Notes: a model not told the origin generated them from the sequence alone. A DNA stretch of 64,000 nucleotides from Nitrospirota bacterium (GCA_963721805.1 CAVRJY010000001.1:352001-416000); one strand, 5' to 3'; positions 8,112 through 19,043 are shown, counted from the stretch's first letter. Numbers and translations: made by a program.

Positions 8112-10251
8112 CGCTCCCGCTTTAGCGCTCCCGGTACGCTTCATCAAGGGCGTAGGCCCCAAGACCGCCTCGCTGCTCGGCCGCCTTGGGGTCATGACCG
8201 TCCGCGACGCACTCTACTACTTCCCGGCCAGATACGAAGACCGCGCCGCGAGCTCCCCGATAGGCTCGCTTACGCCGGGCGAGCTGCAGTCCATCACCGG
8301 CACGGTCGCGGACGTCAGCCTCAAGGCCCTCAGGCAAAACGCCTTCAAGTTCAAGGGCAGGGGCCGCGGGACCAGCAGCATCCTCGAGGTCGCGGTCACT
8401 GACGGCACCGGCGTGGTCAAGGCCAAGTGGTTCAACCAGCCGTTTTTAGAGAAGAACTTTACGCGCGGGATGAAGGTCACCCTCAGCGGCACCGTAAAGG
8501 CCACCGCATGGGGCCTCGAACTCGTCACCCCTGAATACGAGGTCATAGGCGAGGGCGAGCCTGATGCCGATACACACGTCCATACCGCGCGCATCGTGCC
8601 GGTATACGGCGTGACCGAGGGCCTGAGCGTCAGGCTCCTGCGCACGATCCTCTCTCGCGTCATCGAACAATACCTCGACCTCGTAGAAGACCCCCTGCCT
8701 GATGATATCCGGGCCCGCCACGGCCTGACGCCACTTAAGTCCGCGATACGCGCCTGTCACTTCCCGCCCGAGGGCACGAGCCTCGCGAAGCTTAACGACT
8801 GGGCCACGCCCGAGCAGCGCAGCCTGTCATTCCACGAGCTGTTTTTCTTCGAGATAGGCGTTGCGGCTATCAAACGCGACACCGCGCACGTGACCGGGAT
8901 CGCGTTCAACCCAAAAGGCGAGCTTGCAGGACGGCTCCGCGCCTCGCTCCCGTTTAAGCTCACCTCAGCCCAGGAGCATGCTATCGCCGATATCGAACGC
9001 GACATGCGGGGCCCCCACCCGATGCACCGCCTGATACAGGGCGACGTCGGCTCGGGCAAGACGATAGTGGCCCTGATCGCGATGCTCGGCGCGGTCGAGT
9101 GCGGGTATCAGGCCTGCCTCATGGCCCCGACCGAGATACTGGCCGGGCAGCACTTCATAAACATCCATGCCATATGCGAGTCCCTCGGCCTGCGTGTGCG
9201 GCTGCTGCAGGGCGGCCGCAAGCGAAAGGCAGAGCTTGCCGGGATCGCCTCCGGCGAGGCGGACATCATAGTCGGCACGCACGCCTTGATACAGGAGGGC
9301 GTGCAGTTCAAGGCCCTGGGCCTCGCGGTGATAGACGAGCAGCACCGCTTTGGCGTGATGCAGCGCGCGGTGCTCAGGCAGAAGGGCCGGCAAACCCCGG
9401 ACATACTCATCATGACCGCCACCCCGATCCCGCGCACGCTCGCCCTGACGCTCTATGGCGACCTCGACCTGAGCGTGATGCGCGGCCTCCCGCCCGGCCG
9501 GACGCCGGTTAGCACCCTCTTGTATTCCGAGACCGATAAGGCTATGGTATATAAGGAGATTGAGCGCGAAGTCAGCGCCGGGGGACAGGTATATGTGGTG
9601 TACCCTGTCATAGAGGAACAAGAGGACGAGCCCGACGCGATACGGCCCGCGCTTAAGAGCGCGGAGGAGGGGTTCGAGGGCTTAAAAAGGCTCTTCCCCA
9701 AATTCCGGGTAAGCCTCATACACGGCAGGATGAGGCCGGAGGAGCGCGAGGCCTCGATGGCCGCGTTTAAGGCCGGGGAGATCGACATACTGGTTGCTAC
9801 GACCGTCATAGAGGTAGGCGTGGACGTCCCTAACGCCTCGCTGATGGTCATAGTGCACGCCGAGCGGTTCGGGCTCGCGCAGCTCCATCAGCTTCGTGGC
9901 CGCGTAGGGCGCGGCCGGAGGGCCTCAAGATGCGTGATGCTCTCATACGGAGAGCCCGGCGAGAAGGCCCGCCGCAGGCTCGAGTCGATGGTGGCCACGA
10001 CCGACGGCTTCAAGATAGCCGAGGCCGACCTCGACATCCGGGGCCCGGGCGAGTTCGCCGGAGTGAGACAGTCAGGCATGCCGGAGCTGCGAGTCGCGCA
10101 CCTCGTCAGGGACGCCCTGCTGGTGGAGCCCGCGCGAGATGAGGCGTTTGCCCTGATGGCGGCCGACCCGGAGCTTTCAGCCCACCCGGCCATAAGGGCC
10201 GCGGCCGAGGCGTTGTGGCAGGGCCGGATGGAGCTGTATAAAACCGGATAG
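8095..10251 (+). CDS. recG: ATP-dependent DNA helicase RecG
   Basis: QGDVGSGKT, DEQHRFG, MTATPIPRTL, HQLRGRVGR. Confidence 0.96.
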   Translation: MQPPNDAPALALPVRFIKGVGPKTASLLGRLGVMTVRDALYYFPARYEDRAASSPIGSLTPGELQSITGTVADVSLKALRQNAFKFKGRGRGTSSILEVAVTDGTGVVKAKWFNQPFLEKNFTRGMKVTLSGTVKATAWGLELVTPEYEVIGEGEPDADTHVHTARIVPVYGVTEGLSVRLLRTILSRVIEQYLDLVEDPLPDDIRARHGLTPLKSAIRACHFPPEGTSLAKLNDWATPEQRSLSFHELFFFEIGVAAIKRDTAHVTGIAFNPKGELAGRLRASLPFKLTSAQEHAIADIERDMRGPHPMHRLIQGDVGSGKTIVALIAMLGAVECGYQACLMAPTEILAGQHFINIHAICESLGLRVRLLQGGRKRKAELAGIASGEADIIVGTHALIQEGVQFKALGLAVIDEQHRFGVMQRAVLRQKGRQTPDILIMTATPIPRTLALTLYGDLDLSVMRGLPPGRTPVSTLLYSETDKAMVYKEIEREVSAGGQVYVVYPVIEEQEDEPDAIRPALKSAEEGFEGLKRLFPKFRVSLIHGRMRPEEREASMAAFKAGEIDILVATTVIEVGVDVPNASLMVIVHAERFGLAQLHQLRGRVGRGRRASRCVMLSYGEPGEKARRRLESMVATTDGFKIAEADLDIRGPGEFAGVRQSGMPELRVAHLVRDALLVEPARDEAFALMAADPELSAHPAIRAAAEALWQGRMELYKTG

Positions 10252-10255
10252 GGTT

Positions 10256-10290
10256 CCGAACGAAATTTCGCTTCGCTCGTTTTCGTTCGG
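10256..10290. other. Hairpin after recG
   Basis: CCGAACGAAA...TTTCGTTCGG stem. Confidence 0.45.
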
Positions 10291-10336
10291 GAGCAATGTC
10301 GCGGTTTATCAGGGTTAAAATATAAAGGGAGACGAT

Positions 10337-10645
10337 ATGCTCGATAAGATAAAGCTCAGCTTCGATAACGGGATAGAGAGGCTCAAGTGGTTTTCGAGCA
10401 CCGTAAACGCGCGGCTCGGGGTCGAGATCGCGATGATGAAGCTCATGCGCGAGGCCCGCGAGCTGGAGCTCCGCAAGGCCGATCTCCTGAAGGCCGTAGG
10501 GGAGCGCGTATTCGAGCTCCGCACCCGCCACCCCGAGTACATGCAGGACGACGCGGTCCGCCGTACCGTATCCGAGCTTGACGGCGTGGAGCGCGAACTC
10601 AACGATATCAAGCGCCGCGCCTCGGATTTGGGCCGCATAGATTAA
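10337..10645 (+). CDS. Hypothetical coiled-coil protein
   Basis: RBS; stop overlaps the pilD start. Confidence 0.75.
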   Translation: MLDKIKLSFDNGIERLKWFSSTVNARLGVEIAMMKLMREARELELRKADLLKAVGERVFELRTRHPEYMQDDAVRRTVSELDGVERELNDIKRRASDLGRID

Positions 10646-11451
10646 TGCAGGTATATTCCGACCCAGCGTTCGTGATCACGGCGCTCGCGCTGGCCGGGCT
10701 CGTAGTGGGCTCGTTCCTCAACGTCTGCATCTACCGCATGCCGCTTGGCAAGTCCATAGTCACGCCGCGCTCGGCATGCCCCTCCTGCGCCACCCCGATC
10801 AGCGCGCTGGACAACATCCCCGTGCTGAGCTACCTGATCCTGCGCGGCCGCTGCCGGAAGTGCGGCGTGCATATCTCTATGCGCTACCCGCTCGTCGAGG
10901 CCCTGAACGCCGCGCTATTCGTGCTGATATACCTCCGCACCGGGATGGGCTGGCACCTGCCGGTATACCTCGCCTTCGCATCGGCGATGGTCGTCGTGAC
11001 GTTCATCGACCTGGACCACCAGATCATCCCTGACGAGATCACGGTGCCGGGAGTGATAATCGCGTTTCTGGCCGGGGCGTTCATCCTCCCGGACCCCTTC
11101 GACCGCATGGCGCTGCTGGGCTGGAAGCACTCGCTGATCGGGGCCGCGACAGGCTTCGGGCTTTTTTATTTCGTGGCATGGGCCGGGAGCCTGATATTTA
11201 AGCAGGACGCGATGGGCGGCGGGGACATAAAGCTGATGGCGCTCGTCGGCGCGCTCACAGGATGGCGGGGCGTGCTGCTGACCACGTTTATAGGGAGCTT
11301 GACGGGTTCTATAATCGGCATCTCGGTGATGAAGGCGCGCAAGCACGGCCCCCGGATGGTGCTGCCGTTCGGGCCGTTTCTGGCCTTGGGCGCGCTGGTC
11401 TCGATCCTCTGGGGCGGCGAACTCCTCAGGCTCTGGTGGCCTGAGCAATAG
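10645..11451 (+). CDS. pilD: Type IV prepilin peptidase
   Basis: GSFLNVCIYR, two CxxC, FIDLDH, MGGGDIKL, PFGPFL. Confidence 0.95.
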   Translation: MQVYSDPAFVITALALAGLVVGSFLNVCIYRMPLGKSIVTPRSACPSCATPISALDNIPVLSYLILRGRCRKCGVHISMRYPLVEALNAALFVLIYLRTGMGWHLPVYLAFASAMVVVTFIDLDHQIIPDEITVPGVIIAFLAGAFILPDPFDRMALLGWKHSLIGAATGFGLFYFVAWAGSLIFKQDAMGGGDIKLMALVGALTGWRGVLLTTFIGSLTGSIIGISVMKARKHGPRMVLPFGPFLALGALVSILWGGELLRLWWPEQ

Positions 11452-11453
11452 CG

Positions 11454-12680
11454 ATGGAAGGCATTCATGGCCTGATCATCCTGACCGGTGCGGTGGCCGT
11501 GGCCCTGCTTGCGCTCATCGTCTATTCCTTCGTCGGGATGGCCCGCAAGCTCCATTCCTCTGACCGTACCGGCGGCCCCGGCGAGGTCGGCTTTGTGGTC
11601 GATACCTTCCACGAACTCGTAGCGAAGCTCAAGGAGAAGGAGCGTGAGCTCGAGGCCCTGCGCGCGGCGGCCGAGGACAAGGCAAGCACCATAGAGGGCT
11701 ATAACGAGAGCATCCTTCAAAGCGTGCCCTCCGGGGTCATCAGCCTCGACGCAAGTGGCGCGATAGTCAAGGCCAACGCGGCCGCGGCCCGGATGATAGA
11801 GCGGCCGGCGGAGTCGCTTGCCGGGATGGGAATAACCGATGTGCTCGGGGCCGCGGTCGAGCCGGTCGAGCGCGGCGAGCTTCAGTACCGCTCGCCGTCG
11901 GGGCGGCTCAAGTGGCTGGGATACGGCGTTGCCCCGCTTACGGACGCGCGCGGAGGCGGGGCGCTCGGCCGCCTGATGGTGCTGACGGACGTCACGGAGC
12001 TAAAGGCATACCAGTCGCAGGCCGAGCTGCGGCGGAGATTGGAAAGCCTGGGCGAGGTCGCTGCCGGGATCGCGCACGAACTCAGAAACCCGCTAGGCGT
12101 GATCGCCGGATATATGCAACTGATTGAGAAGCGCGGCGACCCGGCCATCAAGTCTCAGGTCGAGGCGGCGCTGCGCGAGGTAAGCCTGATGGACGCGATC
12201 ATCGCGGACTTCCTGAGCTTCGCCCGCCCCCGGACGCTCGACCCGCAGGAGCTTGACCTCGGAGCGCTCGTGCGCGAGGCCGCAAACGCTGCCGCGCCGC
12301 CGGACGTAACAGTAAAATTCGACCTGCCCGGTACGGGGCTCCGCGTTCGGGCCGACGAGACTATGCTCAGGCAGGCGGTCTGGAACGTCATCCAAAACGC
12401 GGTCGAGGCCCTTGGGCCCGATCCCCGCGAGATCGCGATAAGCGGCAGGCAGGATGACGGCAGGGTCACGCTCCGCATCGCCGACACCGGCTGCGGCATA
12501 CCGCCGGAGGTCAGCGAGAAGGTTTTTCTGCCATTTTTTACCACCAAGGAGAAGGGCACCGGGCTTGGGCTTGCGATAGCGCACCGTGCGATCACGATGC
12601 ACCGCGGCAGCATATCGGCGGCCCGCCGCGAGCCGGTAGGCACGGTATTTACGATAACGCTCCCGGCGGGCGGGGTATGA
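11454..12680 (+). CDS. PAS sensor histidine kinase (PilS/NtrB-like)
   Basis: AHELRNPL H-box; N, G1, F and G2 boxes. Confidence 0.92.
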   Translation: MEGIHGLIILTGAVAVALLALIVYSFVGMARKLHSSDRTGGPGEVGFVVDTFHELVAKLKEKERELEALRAAAEDKASTIEGYNESILQSVPSGVISLDASGAIVKANAAAARMIERPAESLAGMGITDVLGAAVEPVERGELQYRSPSGRLKWLGYGVAPLTDARGGGALGRLMVLTDVTELKAYQSQAELRRRLESLGEVAAGIAHELRNPLGVIAGYMQLIEKRGDPAIKSQVEAALREVSLMDAIIADFLSFARPRTLDPQELDLGALVREAANAAAPPDVTVKFDLPGTGLRVRADETMLRQAVWNVIQNAVEALGPDPREIAISGRQDDGRVTLRIADTGCGIPPEVSEKVFLPFFTTKEKGTGLGLAIAHRAITMHRGSISAARREPVGTVFTITLPAGGV

Positions 12681-12955
12681 AGGCCAGCCGCGTGCATATG
12701 CTTATAAGCGGCCGGGTGCAGGGCGTGTTCTACCGCGCGACCGCCGAGGACGCGGCCCACAGGCTCGGGGTGCGCGGGTGGGTGCGCAACCTGCCTGACG
12801 GCAGGGTCGAGGCCGTGGCCGAGGGCGGGCGCGATAAGCTCGAGGCGTTCATCGCGGAGTGCCGTCAGGGCCCACCGTATGCGCGCGTCGACGATATCGA
12901 GCTTCAGTGGTCCGAGCCTACCGGCGAATTCAGAGAGTTCAGGATGAGGCACTAG
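12677..12955 (+). CDS. acyP: Acylphosphatase
   Basis: GRVQGVFYR, GWVRNLPDGRVE. Confidence 0.95.
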   Translation: MKASRVHMLISGRVQGVFYRATAEDAAHRLGVRGWVRNLPDGRVEAVAEGGRDKLEAFIAECRQGPPYARVDDIELQWSEPTGEFREFRMRH

Positions 12956-12956
12956 C

Positions 12957-13925
12957 ATGACAGGGCGAATACGCGAGCTTGCCAGGAGGGCATCCAAGGG
13001 AGAACACCTGGGCCGCGACGAGGGGCGTTTCCTCGCGTCCGTCGAGATGCCCGCGCTCTTTGAGATGCTCGCGCTTGGCGGGGCGATACGCGAGGCCCGG
13101 CGCGGCCGCAAGGCCGACCTCTGCGCGATCGTGAGCGCGAAGACCGGGGCGTGCCCCGAGGACTGCGCCTACTGCGCCCAGTCCTCCGCCTCGAAGACAG
13201 CGATCATAACTCACCCGCTGATGGACGAGGCGACCGTGCTCAGAAAGGCCGAAGAGGCCCGCGCCTCTGGGGCCCGAAGGTTCTCTATCGTCATAAGCGG
13301 GGCGCGGCCTTCTGCCGATGAGTTTCAGCGCATACTTAAGATGATCAGCGCCATACGGGCCATCGGCCTGAGCCCGTGCGCCTCGCTCGGGATGCTGCCG
13401 GTAGAGGAGCTCGTGGCGCTCAGGGATGCTGGCCTTCACCGCTACCACCACAACATCGAGACCTCGCCTGAGTACTTCCCGCGCATATGCTCGACGCATA
13501 GTTACGAAGACAAGCTCCGCACGATAGACGCGGTGCACCAAGCCGGTCTCTCGCTATGCTCTGGCGGAATCGTGGGGATGGGCGAGTCGTGGGCCGATCG
13601 CATAGAGATGGCCTTGGAGGCCCGGAGGCTCAAGGCCGACTCCGTGCCGATAAACTTTCTGCACCCTATTGAGGGCACACCGCTTGGCGAGCGTAAGCCG
13701 CTAGCGCCGTTCGAGGCCCTGAAGGTCGTGAGCCTGTTTAGGTTCCTGATCCCGGACTCTGAGGTGCGCCTCGCGGGCGGGCGATTACAGAGCCTCTGGG
13801 AGTTCAACTCGATGGTCTTCCTCGCGGGAGCGGACGGGTTGATCACCGGAGACTACTTAACCACCACCGGCCGCAATCCCGACGATGATATCAAATTAGC
13901 ACGCGCCTACGGGCTCGAATACTAA
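12957..13925 (+). CDS. bioB: Biotin synthase
   Basis: CPEDCAYCAQS radical SAM motif, YHHNIET, VRLAGGR. Confidence 0.95.
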   Translation: MTGRIRELARRASKGEHLGRDEGRFLASVEMPALFEMLALGGAIREARRGRKADLCAIVSAKTGACPEDCAYCAQSSASKTAIITHPLMDEATVLRKAEEARASGARRFSIVISGARPSADEFQRILKMISAIRAIGLSPCASLGMLPVEELVALRDAGLHRYHHNIETSPEYFPRICSTHSYEDKLRTIDAVHQAGLSLCSGGIVGMGESWADRIEMALEARRLKADSVPINFLHPIEGTPLGERKPLAPFEALKVVSLFRFLIPDSEVRLAGGRLQSLWEFNSMVFLAGADGLITGDYLTTTGRNPDDDIKLARAYGLEY

Positions 13926-13935
13926 AGCGCGCTAA

Positions 13936-13985
13936 GGGGGCAGCGCCCCCTCGCTCCTATTCGCAGTGACAAGCACCGCTCACTC
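13936..13985. repeat. REP palindrome plus CTATTCGC..GCTCA module
   Basis: GGGGGCAGCGCCCCC..CCTATTCGCAG..CGCTCACT. Confidence 0.6.
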
Positions 13986-14100
13986 CAGGCGATTTTCCCG
14001 CTTCCTAGGCGGTCAACAGTTTTTATGTAGTCTCGCGCTTTCGATAAATTGGCTCTGCCCCTAATTAATTTTATATGGAGTAAACCTCCCGTACCAGAAA

Positions 14101-14137
14101 AAAAGAGGAAAGGCCCTTGGAAGGCCCTCCCTCTTTT
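14101..14137. terminator. Intrinsic terminator between bioB and the lipoprotein gene
   Basis: AAAAGAGG..GGCC(C)TT/AAGGCCC..CCTCTTTT with A/T tails. Confidence 0.6.
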
Positions 14138-14165
14138 CGAAAGACGTCACGGGTAAAAAACTAAT

Positions 14166-14462
14166 TTAGCGTTGTGGTGCTTCAGGCGCAGGCGCTCCCG
14201 GTGCTCCCGGCGCTCCCGGCGCTCCCGGCGCTCCCGGTGCTCCTGGTGCTCCCGGCGCTCCCGGCATAGGTGCTGGCTCAGGTGCTGGCGCAGGTGTTCC
14301 CGGCGCACCTTGTGCTCCCGGCGCTCCCGGTGCTCCTGGTGCTCCCGGTGCTCCTTGTACTCCCGGCGCATGCGCAGGCGCCTCCTGGTTCTGGCAACCG
14401 ACAACAAGTGCCATTGCCAGGACCAGTATCATTGATAGCGTTATAGCCCAGAATTTCTTCAT
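14166..14462 (-). CDS. Small lipoprotein with collagen-like (Gly-Ala-Pro)n repeats
   Basis: MKK signal, lipobox LVVG-C, two GAP tracts from 9-nt tandem repeats. Confidence 0.85.
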   Translation of the reverse strand: MKKFWAITLSMILVLAMALVVGCQNQEAPAHAPGVQGAPGAPGAPGAPGAQGAPGTPAPAPEPAPMPGAPGAPGAPGAPGAPGAPGAPGAPAPEAPQR

Positions 14463-14472
14463 ATTGCTTAAC

Positions 14473-15068
14473 GAAAACCATGCCAGTATGCCCCGTGGCT
14501 TGCCACGGGGATGAATGGCATCCCTGCCGGGGGGATGTAAGGGGGGCTGGAAGTCCCCCTTTCCCGCCGAGGCAATTGCGGGCTATCATGAGGCATGGGG
14601 TTACGCAGGACGAGTCACGCTGTATATGACACCGGGTACCATCTGGTATGGTGTCCTAAGTATCGCAAGAGACTGTTCGCGCAAAGTTACATGCGCGAGC
14701 GGTGCGCGGAACTTTTCAGGGAGATAGCTGAAGAGTATGAATATGAGATAGTGGAGATGGAAGTGGCGGAGGACCATGTGCATATATTTCTATCGTTCCC
14801 GCCACGGTACTCGATAGGGGTGGTGGTCAGAACCCTGAAAAGTATCAGCGCCCGTGAGCTGTTCAAGCAATACCCATCGCTGAGGCAAAGACTATGGAAG
14901 GGTGAGCTGTGGGAGGATGGGTACTTTGCGCGGACAGTCGGGGACAGCTTGACCTCGGAAATGATCCGCAAATACATACGCGGCCACAGAGCAGAGAAGC
15001 AATTGCCTGCGCAGCTGGACTTATAGCTGCGCCACGGATGCCCCGTGGCTTGCCACGGGGAGCTTCAC
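14473..15068 (+). mobile_element. IS200/IS605-family element (tnpA only)
   Basis: Identical hairpins CCCCGTGGC-TT-GCCACGGGG at 14491-14510 and 15041-15060; right end TTCAC; left end after TTAAC is inferred. Confidence 0.85.
14595..15026 (+). CDS. tnpA: Y1 HUH transposase
   Basis: YHLVWCPKYR, DHVH, LWEDGYF, catalytic Tyr in KYI. Confidence 0.95.
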   Translation: MGLRRTSHAVYDTGYHLVWCPKYRKRLFAQSYMRERCAELFREIAEEYEYEIVEMEVAEDHVHIFLSFPPRYSIGVVVRTLKSISARELFKQYPSLRQRLWKGELWEDGYFARTVGDSLTSEMIRKYIRGHRAEKQLPAQLDL

Positions 15069-15120
15069 TCCTCCTTCTTTTGTTGAGGTGATAGAAAAAT
15101 CTCTACCCTGACTTATGAAA

Positions 15121-15149
15121 ATACTATAGCGTTATGCCTGTTATGTCAA
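15121..15149 (-). promoter_or_regulatory. sigma70 promoter of the lipoprotein gene, now separated from it by the IS
   Basis: TTGACA-17-TAGTAT on the minus strand; AAGGAGG RBS at ~15070-15076. Confidence 0.6.
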
Positions 15150-15244
15150 CGATACAGGAATAATAGGTGTGTTTCCAGTTTCCGCATCATCGAGAATTGC
15201 ATTGAGAGTTCGGCCTTCCGATTGCCCTCTTCCCACCCTGCCTC

Positions 15245-15407
15245 GAAAGCGCGCCCAAATCGTCTTCAGACAAGGGGCCGACTGCCCCTTACCTTAACAG
15301 GAGGGGTCAGTGACCCCCGAGGGTGTACTGTGACGTACATTGAGGACGGATTTCCGAGCCTTGAAAGGAGAGGGCCAGTCGGCCCCAAGCGATTTGGCGC
15401 GCTTTAA
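15245..15407. repeat. GTAC-hairpin element with three REP palindromes in its arms
   Basis: AAAGCGCGCCCAAATCG...GTACTGTGACGTAC...CGATTTGGCGCGCTTT. Confidence 0.85.
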
Positions 15408-15454
15408 TAGAAGATCCATTGCAAAGTGGTGGTTGTGGACAATATAATCAACCT

Positions 15455-16981
15455 ATGTTAGCGATGGCTTACAGCGCGGCGTTGGTGGGGATTGAGGCGC
15501 ATTGCGTCGAGGTCGAGGTCGACGTCGCCACGCGGGGGCTGCCGCATTTCTCGATAGTCGGGCTTCCGGATGCGGCGGTCAAGGAGAGCCGCGACCGCGT
15601 GCGCGCGGCGCTCAAGAACATCGGATTCCAGTTCCCGCTCAAGCCGGTCACGATCAACCTCGCCCCCGCGGACCTAAAGAAAGAGGGCTCCGCGTTCGAC
15701 CTCCCTATAGCGCTCGGCCTTGCGGCGGCAGAGGGCGTATTCCCGAAAAGTGCACTCGCGGGCGCGATGTTCCTCGGGGAGCTCTCGCTCGACGGCAGGG
15801 TCAAGCCGGTGCGTGGCTCACTGAGCGTCGCGATAGCCGCCAAGCGGCTTGGCTGGCGCGTCGTGCTGCCGGCTGAGAACGCCCCTGAGGCAGCGGTCGT
15901 AGAGGGCGTCGAGGTAATCGGCGCGGCCACGCTCTCAGAGGTGATAGACTTCCTGCGCGGCACGCTAACCCTCGCGCCCGAGTCGTCCGCCCACATGCGC
16001 GACCGGCTGGTATCCGCCTCATACGAGGACGATTTCTCTGACATCAAGGGCCAGGAGCATGTCAAGCGCGCGGTAGAGGTCGCTGTAGCCGGCGGGCATA
16101 ACATGCTGATGATCGGCCCCCCGGGCTCCGGCAAGACGATGATCGCACGAAGGCTCCCGACGATCATGTCCCCGATCTCGTTTGGCGAGGCGATAGAAAG
16201 CACCCGCATCCATAGCGTCGCCGGCACGCTGCGCTCCGGCGAGCCGCTCGTCTCAGTCAGGCCGTTTCGGAGCCCGCACCATACGATCTCGGACGTCGCG
16301 CTCGTTGGCGGCGGCACGGTGCCCCGCCCCGGCGAGGTGAGCCTGGCGCACAATGGAGTGCTGTTTCTGGACGAGCTGCCGGAGTTCAAGCGCTCGGTGC
16401 TCGAGGGCCTGCGCCAGCCTCTGGAGAACGGCGAGGTCACGATATCGCGCGCCACGGGCTCATTAACTTTTCCTGCCTCGTTCATGCTCGTCGCGGCTAT
16501 GAACCCATGCCCGTGCGGGTTTTGGGGCGACGACCGACGACCGTGCGCATGCACCGCCGGGCAGATACATAGATACCGCGCCCGAGTATCCGGCCCATTG
16601 CTCGACCGCATAGACATCCATATCGACGTCCCGGCCGTGAAGTACCAGGCGCTCGCCGCTGACCGCTCGGGCGATACCTCGGACGTGATCCGCGGCCGCG
16701 TAGAGGCCGCGCGCGAGGCCCAGCGCGTTCGGCTCGGCCCTCACAAGCTATATTGCAACGCCCAGATGGGAACCCGATTAATAAAGAAGTTCTGCGAGAT
16801 CGGGGAGGACGGCCGCCGGATACTGGAACTTGCGCACGAGCGGCTGGGGCTGTCGGCCCGAGCCTATGCACGCATCCTTAAGGTATCCCGCACCATTGCC
16901 GACCTGGAAGGCTCCCCGGACATCCAGACACCGCACGTAGCGGAAGCAATACAGTATAGATCCTTAGATAGGCAAATTTGA
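15455..16981 (+). CDS. comM: YifB/ComM Mg-chelatase-like AAA+ ATPase
   Basis: [43 protein letters not shown]. Confidence 0.93.
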   Translation: MLAMAYSAALVGIEAHCVEVEVDVATRGLPHFSIVGLPDAAVKESRDRVRAALKNIGFQFPLKPVTINLAPADLKKEGSAFDLPIALGLAAAEGVFPKSALAGAMFLGELSLDGRVKPVRGSLSVAIAAKRLGWRVVLPAENAPEAAVVEGVEVIGAATLSEVIDFLRGTLTLAPESSAHMRDRLVSASYEDDFSDIKGQEHVKRAVEVAVAGGHNMLMIGPPGSGKTMIARRLPTIMSPISFGEAIESTRIHSVAGTLRSGEPLVSVRPFRSPHHTISDVALVGGGTVPRPGEVSLAHNGVLFLDELPEFKRSVLEGLRQPLENGEVTISRATGSLTFPASFMLVAAMNPCPCGFWGDDRRPCACTAGQIHRYRARVSGPLLDRIDIHIDVPAVKYQALAADRSGDTSDVIRGRVEAAREAQRVRLGPHKLYCNAQMGTRLIKKFCEIGEDGRRILELAHERLGLSARAYARILKVSRTIADLEGSPDIQTPHVAEAIQYRSLDRQI

Positions 16982-16984
16982 CCT

Positions 16985-17243
16985 TTTTCAAAGCGCGGGA
17001 AACTCGCGTGATACGTCGTCAGTTCTCAAAAACTCGCCCTCCATGTACATCACAGTACACCATCGGGCGGTTTTATCGCCCTTCCTAGTCTGCACGATTT
17101 CTCGCGCTTTCGGGGGTGTGGAGGCCAACTGACGCCCCCCGGCCCCCCAAGGTCAAGGGCATTAATTAATAGTGAGCGGGGCGGGGGACCTGCTCATAAG
17201 TGAGCGCTTTGGGCGAATAGGAAAAGGGGCCAGTCGGCCCCCC
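16985..17243. repeat. GTAC-hairpin element plus REP module
   Basis: TTTCAAAGCGCG...TGTACATCACAGTACA...GGTCAA...GCGAATAGGAAAAGGGGCCAGTCGGCCCC. Confidence 0.88.
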
Positions 17244-17316
17244 GCTTGATATTTTTGTGGCGGATGCCTATAATTATTGTTTCGGGGTCGCGTAGGGTGA
17301 GTTGCGCCCTATCGAA

Positions 17317-17393
17317 GCCACCGTAGCTCAGACGGCCAGAGCAGCTGATTTGTAATCAGCGGGTCGGGGGTTCGATTCCTCTCGGTGGCTCCA
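17317..17393 (+). tRNA. tRNA-Thr(TGT)
   Basis: Cloverleaf, anticodon TGT, CCA end. Confidence 0.95.
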
Positions 17394-17459
17394 GCTCGTG
17401 CTGTCCGGGGCGCTCTTAGAGGGCGGCTTTTTTAATTTACGTTGAAGTGGCCGCGCATA

Positions 17460-17544
17460 GGAGGGGTACCCGAGTGGCCAAAGGGGACGGGCTGTAAACC
17501 CGTTGGCGTAGCCTACGAAGGTTCGAATCCTTCCCCCTCCACCA
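17460..17544 (+). tRNA. tRNA-Tyr(GTA)
   Basis: Long variable arm, anticodon GTA, CCA end. Confidence 0.95.
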
Positions 17545-17616
17545 TCGCACCGGTGCAGCGGGGCCGGGCAGGGCGCGGAGTTAGAGCGGTGAGTTGCAGT
17601 ACGGGACGGCGATAAC

Positions 17617-17688
17617 GCGGGAGTAGCTCAGTGGTAGAGCGTCAGCCTTCCAAGCTGAGGGTCGCGGGTTCGAATCCCGTTTCCCGCT
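17617..17688 (+). tRNA. tRNA-Gly(TCC)
   Basis: Cloverleaf, anticodon TCC. Confidence 0.95.
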
Positions 17689-17708
17689 CTGGACGTCGGT
17701 TTTAATGT

Positions 17709-17781
17709 GCCCATGTGGCTCAGTCGGCAGAGCACATCCTTGGTAAGGATGAGGTCACCGGTTCGATTCCGGTCATGGGCT
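17709..17781 (+). tRNA. tRNA-Thr(GGT)
   Basis: Cloverleaf, anticodon GGT; canonical Thr-Tyr-Gly-Thr-tuf order. Confidence 0.95.
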
Positions 17782-17843
17782 TTATCAGACGGTTAAGGGA
17801 TTTAATATAAAAGATATAGCAAGGCCACCGGAGGTGACGCACT

Positions 17844-19039
<1,196 letters not shown>

Positions 19040-19043
<4 letters not shown>

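Noticed and set aside
14473..15068. TnpB/IscB RNA-guided system
   Set aside because: Only tnpA fits between the two end hairpins.
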